Under the pieces are notes generated by a model that made no database searches, had not been told where the DNA came from, and saw nothing but the letters and a program-made list of their open reading frames with translations. Source: a virus. Taken from it: DNA of 64,000 bases. The stretch lies in IMG/VR virus record IMGVR_UViG_3300013723_000002, one strand, 5' to 3'. Below are positions 26,844-35,883 of this stretch, piece by piece. Numbering within the stretch: position 1 is the stretch's first letter; each line of letters begins with the position of its first letter. Made by a program: the position numbers and the translations under genes.

Positions 26844-27214
26844 TGTGACCCTCCTAGAGCACCGTAGCGCTCTTCTGCAACTTCGACCATAGACACAGTG
26901 ACTTGATACCAAAAAAGGCAATACAGACAATATAGGCTGCTTAGAATTGCAGTAAGCCAGCTTACATACGGCGCTATATCTAAACTTAATAAAAAATCAG
27001 CAGTACGCCAGCCAATAAATAGCACCACAATTAATAAAAATGAGATATGAGTAATAATCTTGGTACGACATTGGCCAAACAAAAATGCCATGCTGGTCTG
27101 TCGTAATGCTATGCCCAAATTCTTTTTAACTTTTTTAAAAACAAGCTTGGAATAACCCAGGTAGATAAACAGCACCAAGATCAACAAAAGATCAAAATAT
27201 TGAGGTAGATTCAT
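26840..27214 (-). CDS. Small 3-4-TM membrane protein inside the tail module
   Basis: 124 aa and strongly hydrophobic. Its start overlaps the stop of the upstream gene at 27214. Confidence 0.5.
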   Translation of the reverse strand: MNLPQYFDLLLILVLFIYLGYSKLVFKKVKKNLGIALRQTSMAFLFGQCRTKIITHISFLLIVVLFIGWRTADFLLSLDIAPYVSWLTAILSSLYCLYCLFWYQVTVSMVEVAEERYGALGGSH

Positions 27215-27843
27215 TAGGCATTACCCACTGGGGTATTAATTAAGTCGGCTTGTTGTTGACGAGTAGATAATTGCTGCTGCAGGTCATCACGTAATGCTTT
27301 CTTTTGTGTAATGCGTTCATCAATTGAACTGATCCGGAGTTTTACTTCCTTACTTTGCGCTGTAACAGATCCGCCCGAACGTTGCCCAGCCGGTTTAGGA
27401 ATATTAACTTTCTGGCCAGCCATTCTTTTATCAAAAGCGGCTTGATTAGCACGAACACGCTCAGCAATTTCATTAACTGCCTTTGCAAAGACGGAGGCAT
27501 GACTAAAACGATCCTGGTTATTCATGGGAAGGCCCATAGTAGGTGTGCTGGCCGTGAATTGATAAGAGTCCGGGCTAAAATGCCAAAGCTCATTTTTAAG
27601 AGGTAGATCTTTGCCATTTAATTTAACGCGCACAATGTCGCCATCTGTACGCACGACTAAAGTAACAGCTTGGCCATTCTCAAGCTGGAAATCCAGATCC
27701 TTGGTTGCCTCTCCTGCTATTTTCTTAATCTTTCCTGGAATAACAGCAACGACTTGCTGCCCAGTCGCTTTCTGAAACGCCGTTTTAAACTGTTGTGCCA
27801 GGGAATGATCTTCATTTACTTTGTTTAGCTCAAAATTAGCCAT
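27214..27843 (-). CDS. Hypothetical late protein (209 aa) with C-terminal coiled coil
   Basis: First ORF behind late box 27895-27914. Confidence 0.55.
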   Translation of the reverse strand: MANFELNKVNEDHSLAQQFKTAFQKATGQQVVAVIPGKIKKIAGEATKDLDFQLENGQAVTLVVRTDGDIVRVKLNGKDLPLKNELWHFSPDSYQFTASTPTMGLPMNNQDRFSHASVFAKAVNEIAERVRANQAAFDKRMAGQKVNIPKPAGQRSGGSVTAQSKEVKLRISSIDERITQKKALRDDLQQQLSTRQQQADLINTPVGNA

Positions 27844-27894
27844 TTTCGGTATTTCCGTAACTAGGTTTTGGCCTATTTTGAAGTTGTAGAAAGA

Positions 27895-27914
27895 CTCTAA
27901 TTTTTATTGTTCCC
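27895..27914 (-). promoter_or_regulatory. Late box (GGGAACAATAAAAATTAGAG) upstream of 27214-27843
   Basis: GGAAC lies 70 nt upstream of ATG 27843. Terminator hairpin immediately upstream. Confidence 0.5.
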
Positions 27915-27943
27915 AAAAAAAAGTCCTGGCTTGCAGGACTTTT
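27915..27943 (-). terminator. Terminator after the 376-aa gene, abutting a late box
   Basis: Minus strand GTCCTGCaagcCAGGAC followed by TTTTTTTT, then GGGAAC. Confidence 0.7.
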
Positions 27944-27954
27944 CTGAAGAGAAG

Positions 27955-29085
27955 TTAGCTTTTTACATTGACGCTGGTCCAGACCTGGGCACCACATGAA
28001 CGCAACACATAATCACCACCAAAGGCCTTAGTCACAATACAGTTATCAACACCAGGCGTTGCCCACAATTCAACGGTCATGGGTGCACCACTTCCAGCTG
28101 GCGCGCCTTGGATTGGATAATCATAGGAAACTAAGAAATTTCGCGGCTCAGCATCATTAAGAGTCTTAGCGGCTTCTAGGTTTATAAATGCTGGACTATA
28201 AGCTAATAAATTAACTAAAACTGTTTGAACCGTTGCATTACGATCAGTATTTTCTTCATGGGTATAAATGCCGCCGCCATTAACACTGAATCTAAAAGTT
28301 AGATTATCAACACCCATTTTCTGATTCAGCATAGGTACAACTGATGGTGTACATTGAATAGGCTCAGGTATTTCTCCATTTGAAGGTGAAAGACATGCAC
28401 TGGCAACTAATCCATCTGAATTAAGAATTGCAGGATTATTTCCTAGCGCAAAAACCTTTATTAATCCTGGATTGTTTGCTGAACAATCATATTTAATGCG
28501 AATATTTGAGCTGCTGATATTTGTAAATTTAGAAAGAAGTGACAAGGCCATACCAGATGGTGAAGGTAGAAGAACATCAATAGGCGGGTTATTAATATCG
28601 AGATCTTGCAATTTAAGCAGTCCATCAAAAGATACTACATCATTTGGATTAAATACCTGATCATTGATCTCTAACTTCATACTTAACATTGCAGATTGTA
28701 GTTGATCCATTGGCTTAGAGGTGTCCATAAACATGGCCAGATAGATACTTTCTGTTGCACCCGTACAGCTGATAGTGCTGCCGCTACCAGGTCCACCACC
28801 TGGGCCAGTATCCACCTTGGCGAGTATCCGCATTACCCAGACAAATGGTGCACCACTGGCCAAGGCATCTTCTACGGCCACGTAATCTTTATTGGTTGGG
28901 TCATAACCCAGCTTTGCCCGGATATTGTCACTTGTCACTTTAAACGGTTTATCAAAACGACCACGCTTAAACTGGCCAAAGACCACGCTGTTGAGCAGCT
29001 GGACAGTTGGATCTGCCTCAGATTTATCGCTTACACCTGAATATTGAATACCAGCCTGAGCGCCTAATACTTTTGTTACTGTCAT
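27955..29085 (-). CDS. Virion structural protein with tail-sheath-like N-terminal segment (376 aa); full-length paralogue of the truncated ORF at 2-508
   Basis: VFGQFKRGRFDKPFKVTS..IRAKLGY...VAVEDALASGAPFVWVMRI follows the sheath N-terminal pattern (G..rG..n.P..v.s...f...G ... ff.nGg...yVvRv). Headed by late box 29134-29152. Confidence 0.55.
   Translation of the reverse strand: MTVTKVLGAQAGIQYSGVSDKSEADPTVQLLNSVVFGQFKRGRFDKPFKVTSDNIRAKLGYDPTNKDYVAVEDALASGAPFVWVMRILAKVDTGPGGGPGSGSTISCTGATESIYLAMFMDTSKPMDQLQSAMLSMKLEINDQVFNPNDVVSFDGLLKLQDLDINNPPIDVLLPSPSGMALSLLSKFTNISSSNIRIKYDCSANNPGLIKVFALGNNPAILNSDGLVASACLSPSNGEIPEPIQCTPSVVPMLNQKMGVDNLTFRFSVNGGGIYTHEENTDRNATVQTVLVNLLAYSPAFINLEAAKTLNDAEPRNFLVSYDYPIQGAPAGSGAPMTVELWATPGVDNCIVTKAFGGDYVLRSCGAQVWTSVNVKS
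28828..28930. repeat. Inverted-repeat copy B (inside the 376-aa gene, codons ~52-86)
   Basis: Exact reverse complement of nt 1-103. Confidence 0.95.
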
Positions 29086-29133
29086 GGATCTATACCACTA
29101 TTTGAAAAGTGATATTTTGCAGCCTGGCCAAAA

Positions 29134-29152
29134 TGCTTTTTTTTATTGTTCC
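29134..29152 (-). promoter_or_regulatory. Late box (GGAACAATAAAAAAAAGCA) upstream of the 376-aa gene
   Basis: GGAAC lies 67 nt upstream of ATG 29085. Terminator hairpin immediately upstream. Confidence 0.5.
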
Positions 29153-29155
29153 AAG

Positions 29156-29188
29156 ATAAAAAAATACTGCCCGGAGGCAGTATTTTTT
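29156..29188 (-). terminator. Terminator after 29208-30029, abutting a late box
   Basis: Minus strand TACTGCCtccgGGCAGTA followed by TTTTTTTATCTT, then GGAAC. Confidence 0.7.
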
Positions 29189-29207
29189 AAACTATAGAAT
29201 AGAGCGA

Positions 29208-30029
29208 TTACATAGCACGATTTTGTTTATAGATGCCACGTTTATGGCCGATGGCCAAGGATTTTACACGGCGCTTAATAGCGTTTGGTGCAATCGCTTT
29301 AGCTGCAGCTTTGCGTAGAGCAGCTTTTTGTTTTGGTGAAAGTTTAATTTTACCGGTACTGCCGATACGCTTATTCACTACTGTAATTTTCCCTTTCCGG
29401 ACAGCTTTAATTCCGCGGTACACCAGCGTCTGGCCAGCTTTGTTTTTACGAACTGTATTTTTACCCAGCTGTGCAGCATCATACTCTTCAGTAATCTGGC
29501 CAATCACATCTTCATCTTCGCCGTAAATGAGATCTTGGATAAAATCATCCAAAGCATCGCCTTGAGGTAGATTGCTAATTACCGTTTCTGCAATTTCAGA
29601 AATGGCCAGATCAGCATTATCAATATCTGAACCAAAGGCATCTGCAATCGTATCTTCATCTACACCTAGGGCAATAAACAGATCTGACATATTAGCGGCC
29701 ATAATCTGAGCCATTTGCTTGTTCAGCAGGCTAGATTCTTCATCGTCATCATCTGGCAGATCAGCTGTTAAATACATATCCAGGCGGTCACTTGGAATTT
29801 CTGCATCTTCCAGATTATCTTCAAGAATATCGTCTACCAGCTGTAGGCCATACATGATGGCATTTTTACGCATGGCCAAAAGCTCAGAATTAAATGCTTT
29901 GTCATCTAATGTCATAACCTTTTTAGCCGCTTCAGCTGCTGCACTATCAAAACCGTTTACGATTGTTTGTTTGGTTACTTCGTTCTGGCGTTTTACTTGC
30001 TGAATGAAGCCGAAATTTAATTTAGTCAT
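29208..30029 (-). CDS. Hypothetical late protein (273 aa): acidic core, strongly basic C-terminal tail
   Basis: Runs of D/E (DLPDDDDEESS, GEDEDV), then KRIGSTGKIKLSPKQKAALRKAAAKA..KRRVKSLAIGHKRGIYKQNR. Confidence 0.55.
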   Translation of the reverse strand: MTKLNFGFIQQVKRQNEVTKQTIVNGFDSAAAEAAKKVMTLDDKAFNSELLAMRKNAIMYGLQLVDDILEDNLEDAEIPSDRLDMYLTADLPDDDDEESSLLNKQMAQIMAANMSDLFIALGVDEDTIADAFGSDIDNADLAISEIAETVISNLPQGDALDDFIQDLIYGEDEDVIGQITEEYDAAQLGKNTVRKNKAGQTLVYRGIKAVRKGKITVVNKRIGSTGKIKLSPKQKAALRKAAAKAIAPNAIKRRVKSLAIGHKRGIYKQNRAM

Positions 30030-30042
30030 ATATCACCTGATA

Positions 30043-31446
30043 TTACTTGTGAACACTTGTATTTAAGTAAACTGCACGTACCGCACCTTCAGGCCGGTAG
30101 CCGCTATTAAGTTCGATTGCATCATGCGGACGGTCTGCACGGTCACTAATTGAAAGTACATACTTTCCACCAAGATCTTCAGACTCGACTAATAGCCCAG
30201 CTTGAGGACTTGCACACGCTTCCATAAATGATTGGCACTCACGCAGGGCATCTGCCTTATAAGTGGTTTTACCTTTGAGTAAATGACGTCCACAGATTTC
30301 AATAAGCCGTTTATCAATGAACATTGAAATTTCAGAAGCATTTGTTAAGCGTAATACACTGGTTTTACTGTCATATTGGGTTAAACAGTCACCCACTACA
30401 AAACGGATACCTGTATCGTATTTCTTCCGCATAACTGGATTGATTTTGGCCTTGGCCAAACGATCTAATGCTTCATCATTTAGCTTAATATCACTACGCA
30501 TTTCCATTCCGCCCCAAGGCATCGGGAAATAGTGCCCAGCAACAGGATTTTGCAACGGCGGCAGGCCCTGTGCGTTGGTATTGGAGTTACGAAGCAGCAT
30601 GTAGCCCAGAATCGCGCCTAACGCATAACGCGGCTTTTTCCGGCCACGTAATGTCTGGGCATTGTTCGGCCGAGAAAGTACCAAATTCCAGTAGATCCAA
30701 ACTAAATGACTTTTTGCACTTAACTCTTCTGCAATCTGACAAGCCTGGTCTAAGGACAAGGTAGGATCTAGCTCAACCAGAAGTGGAGTATTTAGCTTTT
30801 CAGCAGCACGTAAAGCTGTTTGGAACTGCGGTAAATTATTGTTATAGAACATCACCAGATAATTAGGTGTGTCATCAAACTCAACAATTGCATCAAACAG
30901 ATTCTGTCCGTCTAACGCCGTTTTTTCTGTATCCGGAGCAAGAGGCAAAGATACAAATTTACGGCCTAATGTGTTTACTTCATTGTAAGCATCAACAATG
31001 GGTTTAACACCAGGCGGAGGCCCATCAAGTGAAGCCATTGTCTTTGACTCGACCGGTACACCCCCACTCATAAACTCTTCAAAGAATTTACCAATCACCA
31101 GGTCAAAAGTTGCAAACTCTTCAGTAGCATCAGCGACGCTTAGAATGCTGGCATAATCTTCCGGGTCAGGATTTAAGGTACCCATCACACTTAGCACTAC
31201 ATCATTATGATAAGTGTCACGCCAGGTTAGCTTTATAACGGTATCTTCTGGCTTTTTAGAAATAGAGCTTTTCTGAAAAAGTGCGACTTCTAACTGAACA
31301 TTATCATCCATGACTGAATGTGTATCGATCAACAGCGCGAACGCCATTGGTTGATTTTGTACTTGCTCAAAAGCTTCCTCTATTTGATCTTGAGGCATAC
31401 CTATACAGCCGAGATAGCCGTCTGACGCGGCTAAGATATAGCTCAT
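30043..31446 (-). CDS. Tail sheath protein
   Basis: The C-terminal half follows the sheath consensus: PRYALGAILGY...PLQNPVAG...LDRLAKAKINPV...GIRFVVGDCLT...LRLTNASEISMFIDKRL...SGYRPEGAVRAVYLN. Confidence 0.75.
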   Translation of the reverse strand: MSYILAASDGYLGCIGMPQDQIEEAFEQVQNQPMAFALLIDTHSVMDDNVQLEVALFQKSSISKKPEDTVIKLTWRDTYHNDVVLSVMGTLNPDPEDYASILSVADATEEFATFDLVIGKFFEEFMSGGVPVESKTMASLDGPPPGVKPIVDAYNEVNTLGRKFVSLPLAPDTEKTALDGQNLFDAIVEFDDTPNYLVMFYNNNLPQFQTALRAAEKLNTPLLVELDPTLSLDQACQIAEELSAKSHLVWIYWNLVLSRPNNAQTLRGRKKPRYALGAILGYMLLRNSNTNAQGLPPLQNPVAGHYFPMPWGGMEMRSDIKLNDEALDRLAKAKINPVMRKKYDTGIRFVVGDCLTQYDSKTSVLRLTNASEISMFIDKRLIEICGRHLLKGKTTYKADALRECQSFMEACASPQAGLLVESEDLGGKYVLSISDRADRPHDAIELNSGYRPEGAVRAVYLNTSVHK

Positions 31447-31449
31447 ACA

Positions 31450-32064
31450 TTAATCCTCAATAACATAGCGGTTGGCACCCGCAAATTTATTTAACGTATT
31501 TAATTTAGAAACAATTAAGTCACGCTGGCGCAAGCTGGTACACGTGATAGTCGTGACCTGGCCAGCTGGCAATGCTGTTCGCGTGTACAATTCAAAGCTG
31601 GCCGCACCATTGTTTTTAATTTTAAGAATCAGGGAGTCATGACTCTTAGATTGCTGTTGATTAAACTGGCCGAATTGAAAAAAGTGGCCAGGCTTTACTG
31701 TAGGAGTTTCAGCTGGGCTTTCAGCTTGAATTTCAGATACCGATGCAGGCGGCTCGCCGCTTTGTGCTTCAAGCGCCGGATCTGGCTGAGTTGTTGCTGA
31801 GTCTGCCACTGTCTGTACTGCTGCTTCAGTTTCTGATGTTTCTGCCACATCGTTAGCTGCTTTCGCTGCCTCTTCAGCCGCTTTTGCTGCTTTTGCTGCT
31901 GCGGATTTCGCGGCTTTAGATTGAGTAGCTTTTTTGGGTGTATCTGCCGGAGTTTCTGCCGGTACTACCACTTCAGTTGGTTCCGGAGCTGTATTAACAG
32001 CCTCATTTACAGTTTCTGTTGCTGCATTTTCTGTTGTATTGGTATCAGGCATCGTATATTCCAA
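31450..32064 (-). CDS. Ala/Glu/Pro/Thr-rich protein (decoration or scaffold-like candidate); start 32064 (TTG) or ATG 32052
   Basis: Low-complexity N-terminal 130 aa followed by a compact C-terminal domain. Sits between the capsid candidate and the sheath. Confidence 0.5.
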   Translation of the reverse strand: MEYTMPDTNTTENAATETVNEAVNTAPEPTEVVVPAETPADTPKKATQSKAAKSAAAKAAKAAEEAAKAANDVAETSETEAAVQTVADSATTQPDPALEAQSGEPPASVSEIQAESPAETPTVKPGHFFQFGQFNQQQSKSHDSLILKIKNNGAASFELYTRTALPAGQVTTITCTSLRQRDLIVSKLNTLNKFAGANRYVIED

Positions 32065-32084
32065 AATTTAGAAAAAGAGGGAGT

Positions 32085-32108
32085 AACGGCGCACCAGAGT
32101 GCGCCGTT
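32085..32108 (-). terminator. Hairpin (attenuator-type) immediately after the capsid-candidate gene
   Basis: AACGGCGCAccagagTGCGCCGTT. The following T-tract is weak, so termination is probably partial. Confidence 0.45.
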
Positions 32109-32115
32109 ATAAAAC

Positions 32116-33921
32116 TTATTTTTTGATTAAAGAGGCAGGCAGATTAACTACTTCGATTACTACAATTTGATCAGCGAAGCGTTCAAGCGGGTTAAGTTCT
32201 GCTGCAACACGGGTCTGTGCAGTTACACCCTGTTCAAAGTCAACCGTGTTCGATTCACGTATTGTTAAAGGCCGTGCTACAAAGCCGGTGAATGCGTTAC
32301 GAACAGGTATTGTGCTGCGACCAATAACCATGATTTCTGCTGCATCGTCATGTTCATCAAGCAAGTTGGCAGAAGTCGGAACGTGATACACATTCGTGCC
32401 GCCAGGGAATGAACCGATACGGGTAATCTGGTTAGGGGCACCTACAGAAACGCCCGCTTTTTTGTAATGTGTGTCGTCAGCTAACTGGTCAAATAACACA
32501 GCCATTGTGTCACCAATGTAAATGTCATGGCCAGACGGCACTACATCAAGCAGCTTGTTAATATCCAGTTTTGCCGCACTAATCGTTACCGTTAGTTCGC
32601 GGGCTAAATCAGAGGTATTGTTGAATGCTGCTGCATCAGTTACGCCACGTCCCAGATCTGCAACAAGTACACGCTTAAAGCCTTTTGCACGACGTTTACC
32701 ACGGCGTAGCAACCGGATATTAGACTCAAGCAGCTGTTTAGAGGCTACGATTGCGGTAAATGCACCACGCGGATCTAAGCCGAGTTCATTTTGTGCCTGG
32801 CTGATTGCATCATCAGTTGCACGATATAGAGCACGAATTGAATAGGCATGAAGAGAACGGGCTTTTAACACCATATCGACGCCTGGTGCGTCTAGCACTG
32901 GGGCTTTACCATTTTTACGTTCAAAGTCAGCAATCAGGTTCACTGATACTTCTGTACCTGCTGGCAGTTCTTCAGCGAAGGTTACTGTAATCTCGCCTTT
33001 ATCCAGATCAGCTTCACCAGATTGCAATTTGACTTTAATGCCGTCCAGTACCAGGCCATGGTCATTTAAGCCAATAATTGTACTTAGACCTGAAAATTTC
33101 GCATGATCAGTTGTTGCATCATGGCCGACTTCCACACCATTAACCATGACACGTACACGGCCACCAATAAACGGTAATACCGGCTGATTTGGGTCAGGCA
33201 AATGGCTGATATTGTCTTTATAGGCAATTGTTGGTTTCAGGGTATAAATACGAGGATTAGCGTCATCCTGGGTTGCCTGGAATTCAAATTGTGAATCGAA
33301 ATACTGGCAGGTTGCGGCCGGTCCATCGATAAAGTCATTTGCTTTAGTTTCCCCCCAGGTTGTATTGGCCACAGTACGTGCATACACCAGTGGTAAAGCA
33401 TTAGAGCCGGTCGGATTCGGCAAATACGCTACGATTGGCAAAGCATTAGCGATTTGCGTTGAAATGGTGACAATCGCTTGTGTTGGAATGACAGCAAGCG
33501 CTTCATGTCCCCCTGCACTTAACTGAGTGCCGATTGCCCCGGCAGAGTCAAATTCTGCTTTAATGGCTTGTAGACCAGAGGAAAGAGCAGCTGCAACCAT
33601 GTCAGCGCGCGGTGCTTCGCCATCATGACGATCTTTATAGCCCTTAATTCCTGTTTCAATGGCGGACAAAAGATATTCACGATTTTCCGGAACAACACTG
33701 TCAAACATTGCCACTAAGCTAGCTGGGATGGCTTCAGGTAAACTTTGATTTACTTCTGCAGTAGCATGAACACTGTCATAAGCCTGAATTACTTGCACAC
33801 CCTCATTACGGCGCGCTTCAAAACTTTTTAAAAAATTCGCGGTCGCTTGGATCTCGGCAGTTTGCAGAGAATGTTGGTCACGCTGTTCTTTATTTAATTG
33901 ATCACTCATGGATTGCCTCAT
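32116..33921 (-). CDS. Putative major capsid protein (601 aa, N-terminal helical extension, Ig-like insertion)
   Basis: Headed by late box 33971-33990 (GGAAC-equivalent lies 69 nt from ATG 33921). Followed by hairpin 32085-32108 (attenuator-like). Fold assignment unverified. Confidence 0.45.
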   Translation of the reverse strand: MRQSMSDQLNKEQRDQHSLQTAEIQATANFLKSFEARRNEGVQVIQAYDSVHATAEVNQSLPEAIPASLVAMFDSVVPENREYLLSAIETGIKGYKDRHDGEAPRADMVAAALSSGLQAIKAEFDSAGAIGTQLSAGGHEALAVIPTQAIVTISTQIANALPIVAYLPNPTGSNALPLVYARTVANTTWGETKANDFIDGPAATCQYFDSQFEFQATQDDANPRIYTLKPTIAYKDNISHLPDPNQPVLPFIGGRVRVMVNGVEVGHDATTDHAKFSGLSTIIGLNDHGLVLDGIKVKLQSGEADLDKGEITVTFAEELPAGTEVSVNLIADFERKNGKAPVLDAPGVDMVLKARSLHAYSIRALYRATDDAISQAQNELGLDPRGAFTAIVASKQLLESNIRLLRRGKRRAKGFKRVLVADLGRGVTDAAAFNNTSDLARELTVTISAAKLDINKLLDVVPSGHDIYIGDTMAVLFDQLADDTHYKKAGVSVGAPNQITRIGSFPGGTNVYHVPTSANLLDEHDDAAEIMVIGRSTIPVRNAFTGFVARPLTIRESNTVDFEQGVTAQTRVAAELNPLERFADQIVVIEVVNLPASLIKK

Positions 33922-33970
33922 AAGCCCTTACGGGCTGGTTTAGATGAGGCAATTGTGCAAGCACAAAAAA

Positions 33971-33990
33971 GGGCTAAATTTTTTTGTTCG
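33971..33990 (-). promoter_or_regulatory. Late box variant (CGAACAAAAAAATTTAGCCC) upstream of the capsid candidate
   Basis: Box lies 69 nt upstream of ATG 33921. Confidence 0.5.
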
Positions 33991-33995
33991 CATAC

Positions 33996-34559
33996 TTACG
34001 CGCTATCTATTTTTGGTCTTTCCTGAAAAGCAGCTAAATAAGCCAGGTCATCACGCTTATTTAATAAATATTTCACTCCAAAATCTGCATGAATCGATTG
34101 TCCTTGCTGGCCTACGTTTTCTACCCATACTACATAATCCTTAGAAATAAGCAGGCATAGCACATCCCCACTTTCCGGATACCATCCTGTACTATTCTGT
34201 AACTGCTGCCCCAGTTCTATATCCGGATCAAAGGGTTCAATTTGGGCAAAAAAAGCAGCATCCGCACTATCTACCCCAATTAGTCCTTTATTAAGTGCCG
34301 CCCCGGTGAATTGATCCAGCATGACCATAGCGAAACCTTTTTCTTTATAGTCAATTGCCTGTTCATCTTCATCAGTTAAGACGCCTAGCCCGCCCCAAAC
34401 TAGCTCTTCACGGTCGGCTGTTTCTCCTGGTACTTGATCAATAGTTTTATAGAACACGACTGCAGGTATGCTGGCCAAACCGTTTAAAACCACTTTTCTG
34501 GCCAGCTGTTTACGTCCTGCGGCCACACGGTTAGCAATTGGATTAATATTTCCGAGCAC
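33996..34559 (-). CDS. Hypothetical head-module protein (187 aa)
   Basis: ORF overlaps the stop of the upstream gene. No motif recognised. Confidence 0.55.
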   Translation of the reverse strand: MLGNINPIANRVAAGRKQLARKVVLNGLASIPAVVFYKTIDQVPGETADREELVWGGLGVLTDEDEQAIDYKEKGFAMVMLDQFTGAALNKGLIGVDSADAAFFAQIEPFDPDIELGQQLQNSTGWYPESGDVLCLLISKDYVVWVENVGQQGQSIHADFGVKYLLNKRDDLAYLAAFQERPKIDSA

Positions 34560-35595
34560 GTTCTACCCCCATATAAAAATTAAAATCCTCTTTACTGATT
34601 AAGCCAGCTTTGAAATTGGCCTCAAGCCGGGCAATACGGCGCCGTTTTTCATCAATCTTGGCATTATTTTGTTCTAAACGTTCAGTTGCTGATTTGACCT
34701 TATCATGTAGTTTTTTAAGTTCACGCGCCGTAGCCGGTTTAATCTTTTGTCTGGCCTTTCCGATGCTCTGCAATTGCTTGTCTAGCATTTCCACCATATC
34801 AGCTGGGGATTCACTATAACGGCGGCCATGTTGCTTGATACGATCCTGATTAACGATCTTTTCTAAATAACTTTGGCCAAGTGGCCCCTTGGCCACCGCG
34901 ACAGCGCGTAAAATATGCTTACATGCAATACCGGTTAATTCCGGGTTTTTTTCCTTGGGAAAGCCGGCCTCTTTGCGACCATTCACAAAATTTCCGACTG
35001 TGGCAATGTAGCGATACCAGAAGCGAAAACGACCACAATCACATTCAATATGAACCTTACCATTGGCCAGGCGGTTTTTAATCGTTGTTTTGGTCTGCTT
35101 CTCAATATCCAGCACAACACTCGAAAAAGCTAAAAACTTAATTTTGACGGTATGATTGGACACGTCACTATTGGGGCCGGCATTGGTTATAAACGTCACT
35201 TCTCCGGCTTTGTGTGATACCGGCATGGCTGTGTGGATCTCTTTATTCGCCCGGTCAATATCAGCCTGTCTGGATAAGCTAATAATTTGTGGAATAGTAA
35301 TACCGCCCTTATAAGCGGCGGCCAGTGTCTGAATATTTTTCTGAAAGGCCTTTAAATCTTCCAGTTCAATTTCACGGGCTTCACCGCCTAGTGTCGTTAT
35401 CAGGGCCTTACTAAAATCATAATCGCCGGATATATCACTTGGCCTTAGAAATACTGGCCAAGTTTTATCTTGCTGCTCAGCAATACGGCGGGCATCTTTA
35501 TCAAATTTAATCGATTGGTTAGCCTGCTTATGCAGGCTATTTGCTTCACTAAACTGCTGTCTAAGTCTGTCAGCATCAAAAATACGTTTGGCCAT
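34543..35595 (-). CDS. SWIM zinc-finger-containing late protein (350 aa from ATG 35595)
   Basis: CDCGRFRFWYRYIATVGNF...GIACKHILRAV matches CxCx(n)CxH (SWIM). ATG 35595 overlaps the stop of the upstream 91-aa ORF (TAATG). Basic coiled-coil C-terminus. Confidence 0.6.
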   Translation of the reverse strand: MAKRIFDADRLRQQFSEANSLHKQANQSIKFDKDARRIAEQQDKTWPVFLRPSDISGDYDFSKALITTLGGEAREIELEDLKAFQKNIQTLAAAYKGGITIPQIISLSRQADIDRANKEIHTAMPVSHKAGEVTFITNAGPNSDVSNHTVKIKFLAFSSVVLDIEKQTKTTIKNRLANGKVHIECDCGRFRFWYRYIATVGNFVNGRKEAGFPKEKNPELTGIACKHILRAVAVAKGPLGQSYLEKIVNQDRIKQHGRRYSESPADMVEMLDKQLQSIGKARQKIKPATARELKKLHDKVKSATERLEQNNAKIDEKRRRIARLEANFKAGLISKEDFNFYMGVERARKY

Positions 35596-35870
35596 TAGAC
35601 AACCCCGTATTTCTTTTTCAGCTTCAAAATGTCCCCAATGACGGGCAAGTAGATTGCCCGTATCGGTAAAGGTTGACTTACATAGGATACGCCACACGCT
35701 ACACGTACCACATCGGCATAGATACGTGCACCGTACACTCGCTGGCTGACCAGCGTTGCATCGTGGATCTCGTCCTCATTTACCTGGTAAAAATGTAACT
35801 GATCCGATTTTCCCCGGCGTTTGGCCAGATCAATAGTCTGCCGGATTGCATTGTGATACTCGTTTAGCAT
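35595..35870 (-). CDS. Hypothetical 91-aa late protein
   Basis: ORF between the Ig-repeat gene and the SWIM gene, translationally coupled. Confidence 0.5.
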   Translation of the reverse strand: MLNEYHNAIRQTIDLAKRRGKSDQLHFYQVNEDEIHDATLVSQRVYGARIYADVVRVACGVSYVSQPLPIRAIYLPVIGDILKLKKKYGVV

Positions 35871-35883
35871 GACTTATCCCCGC

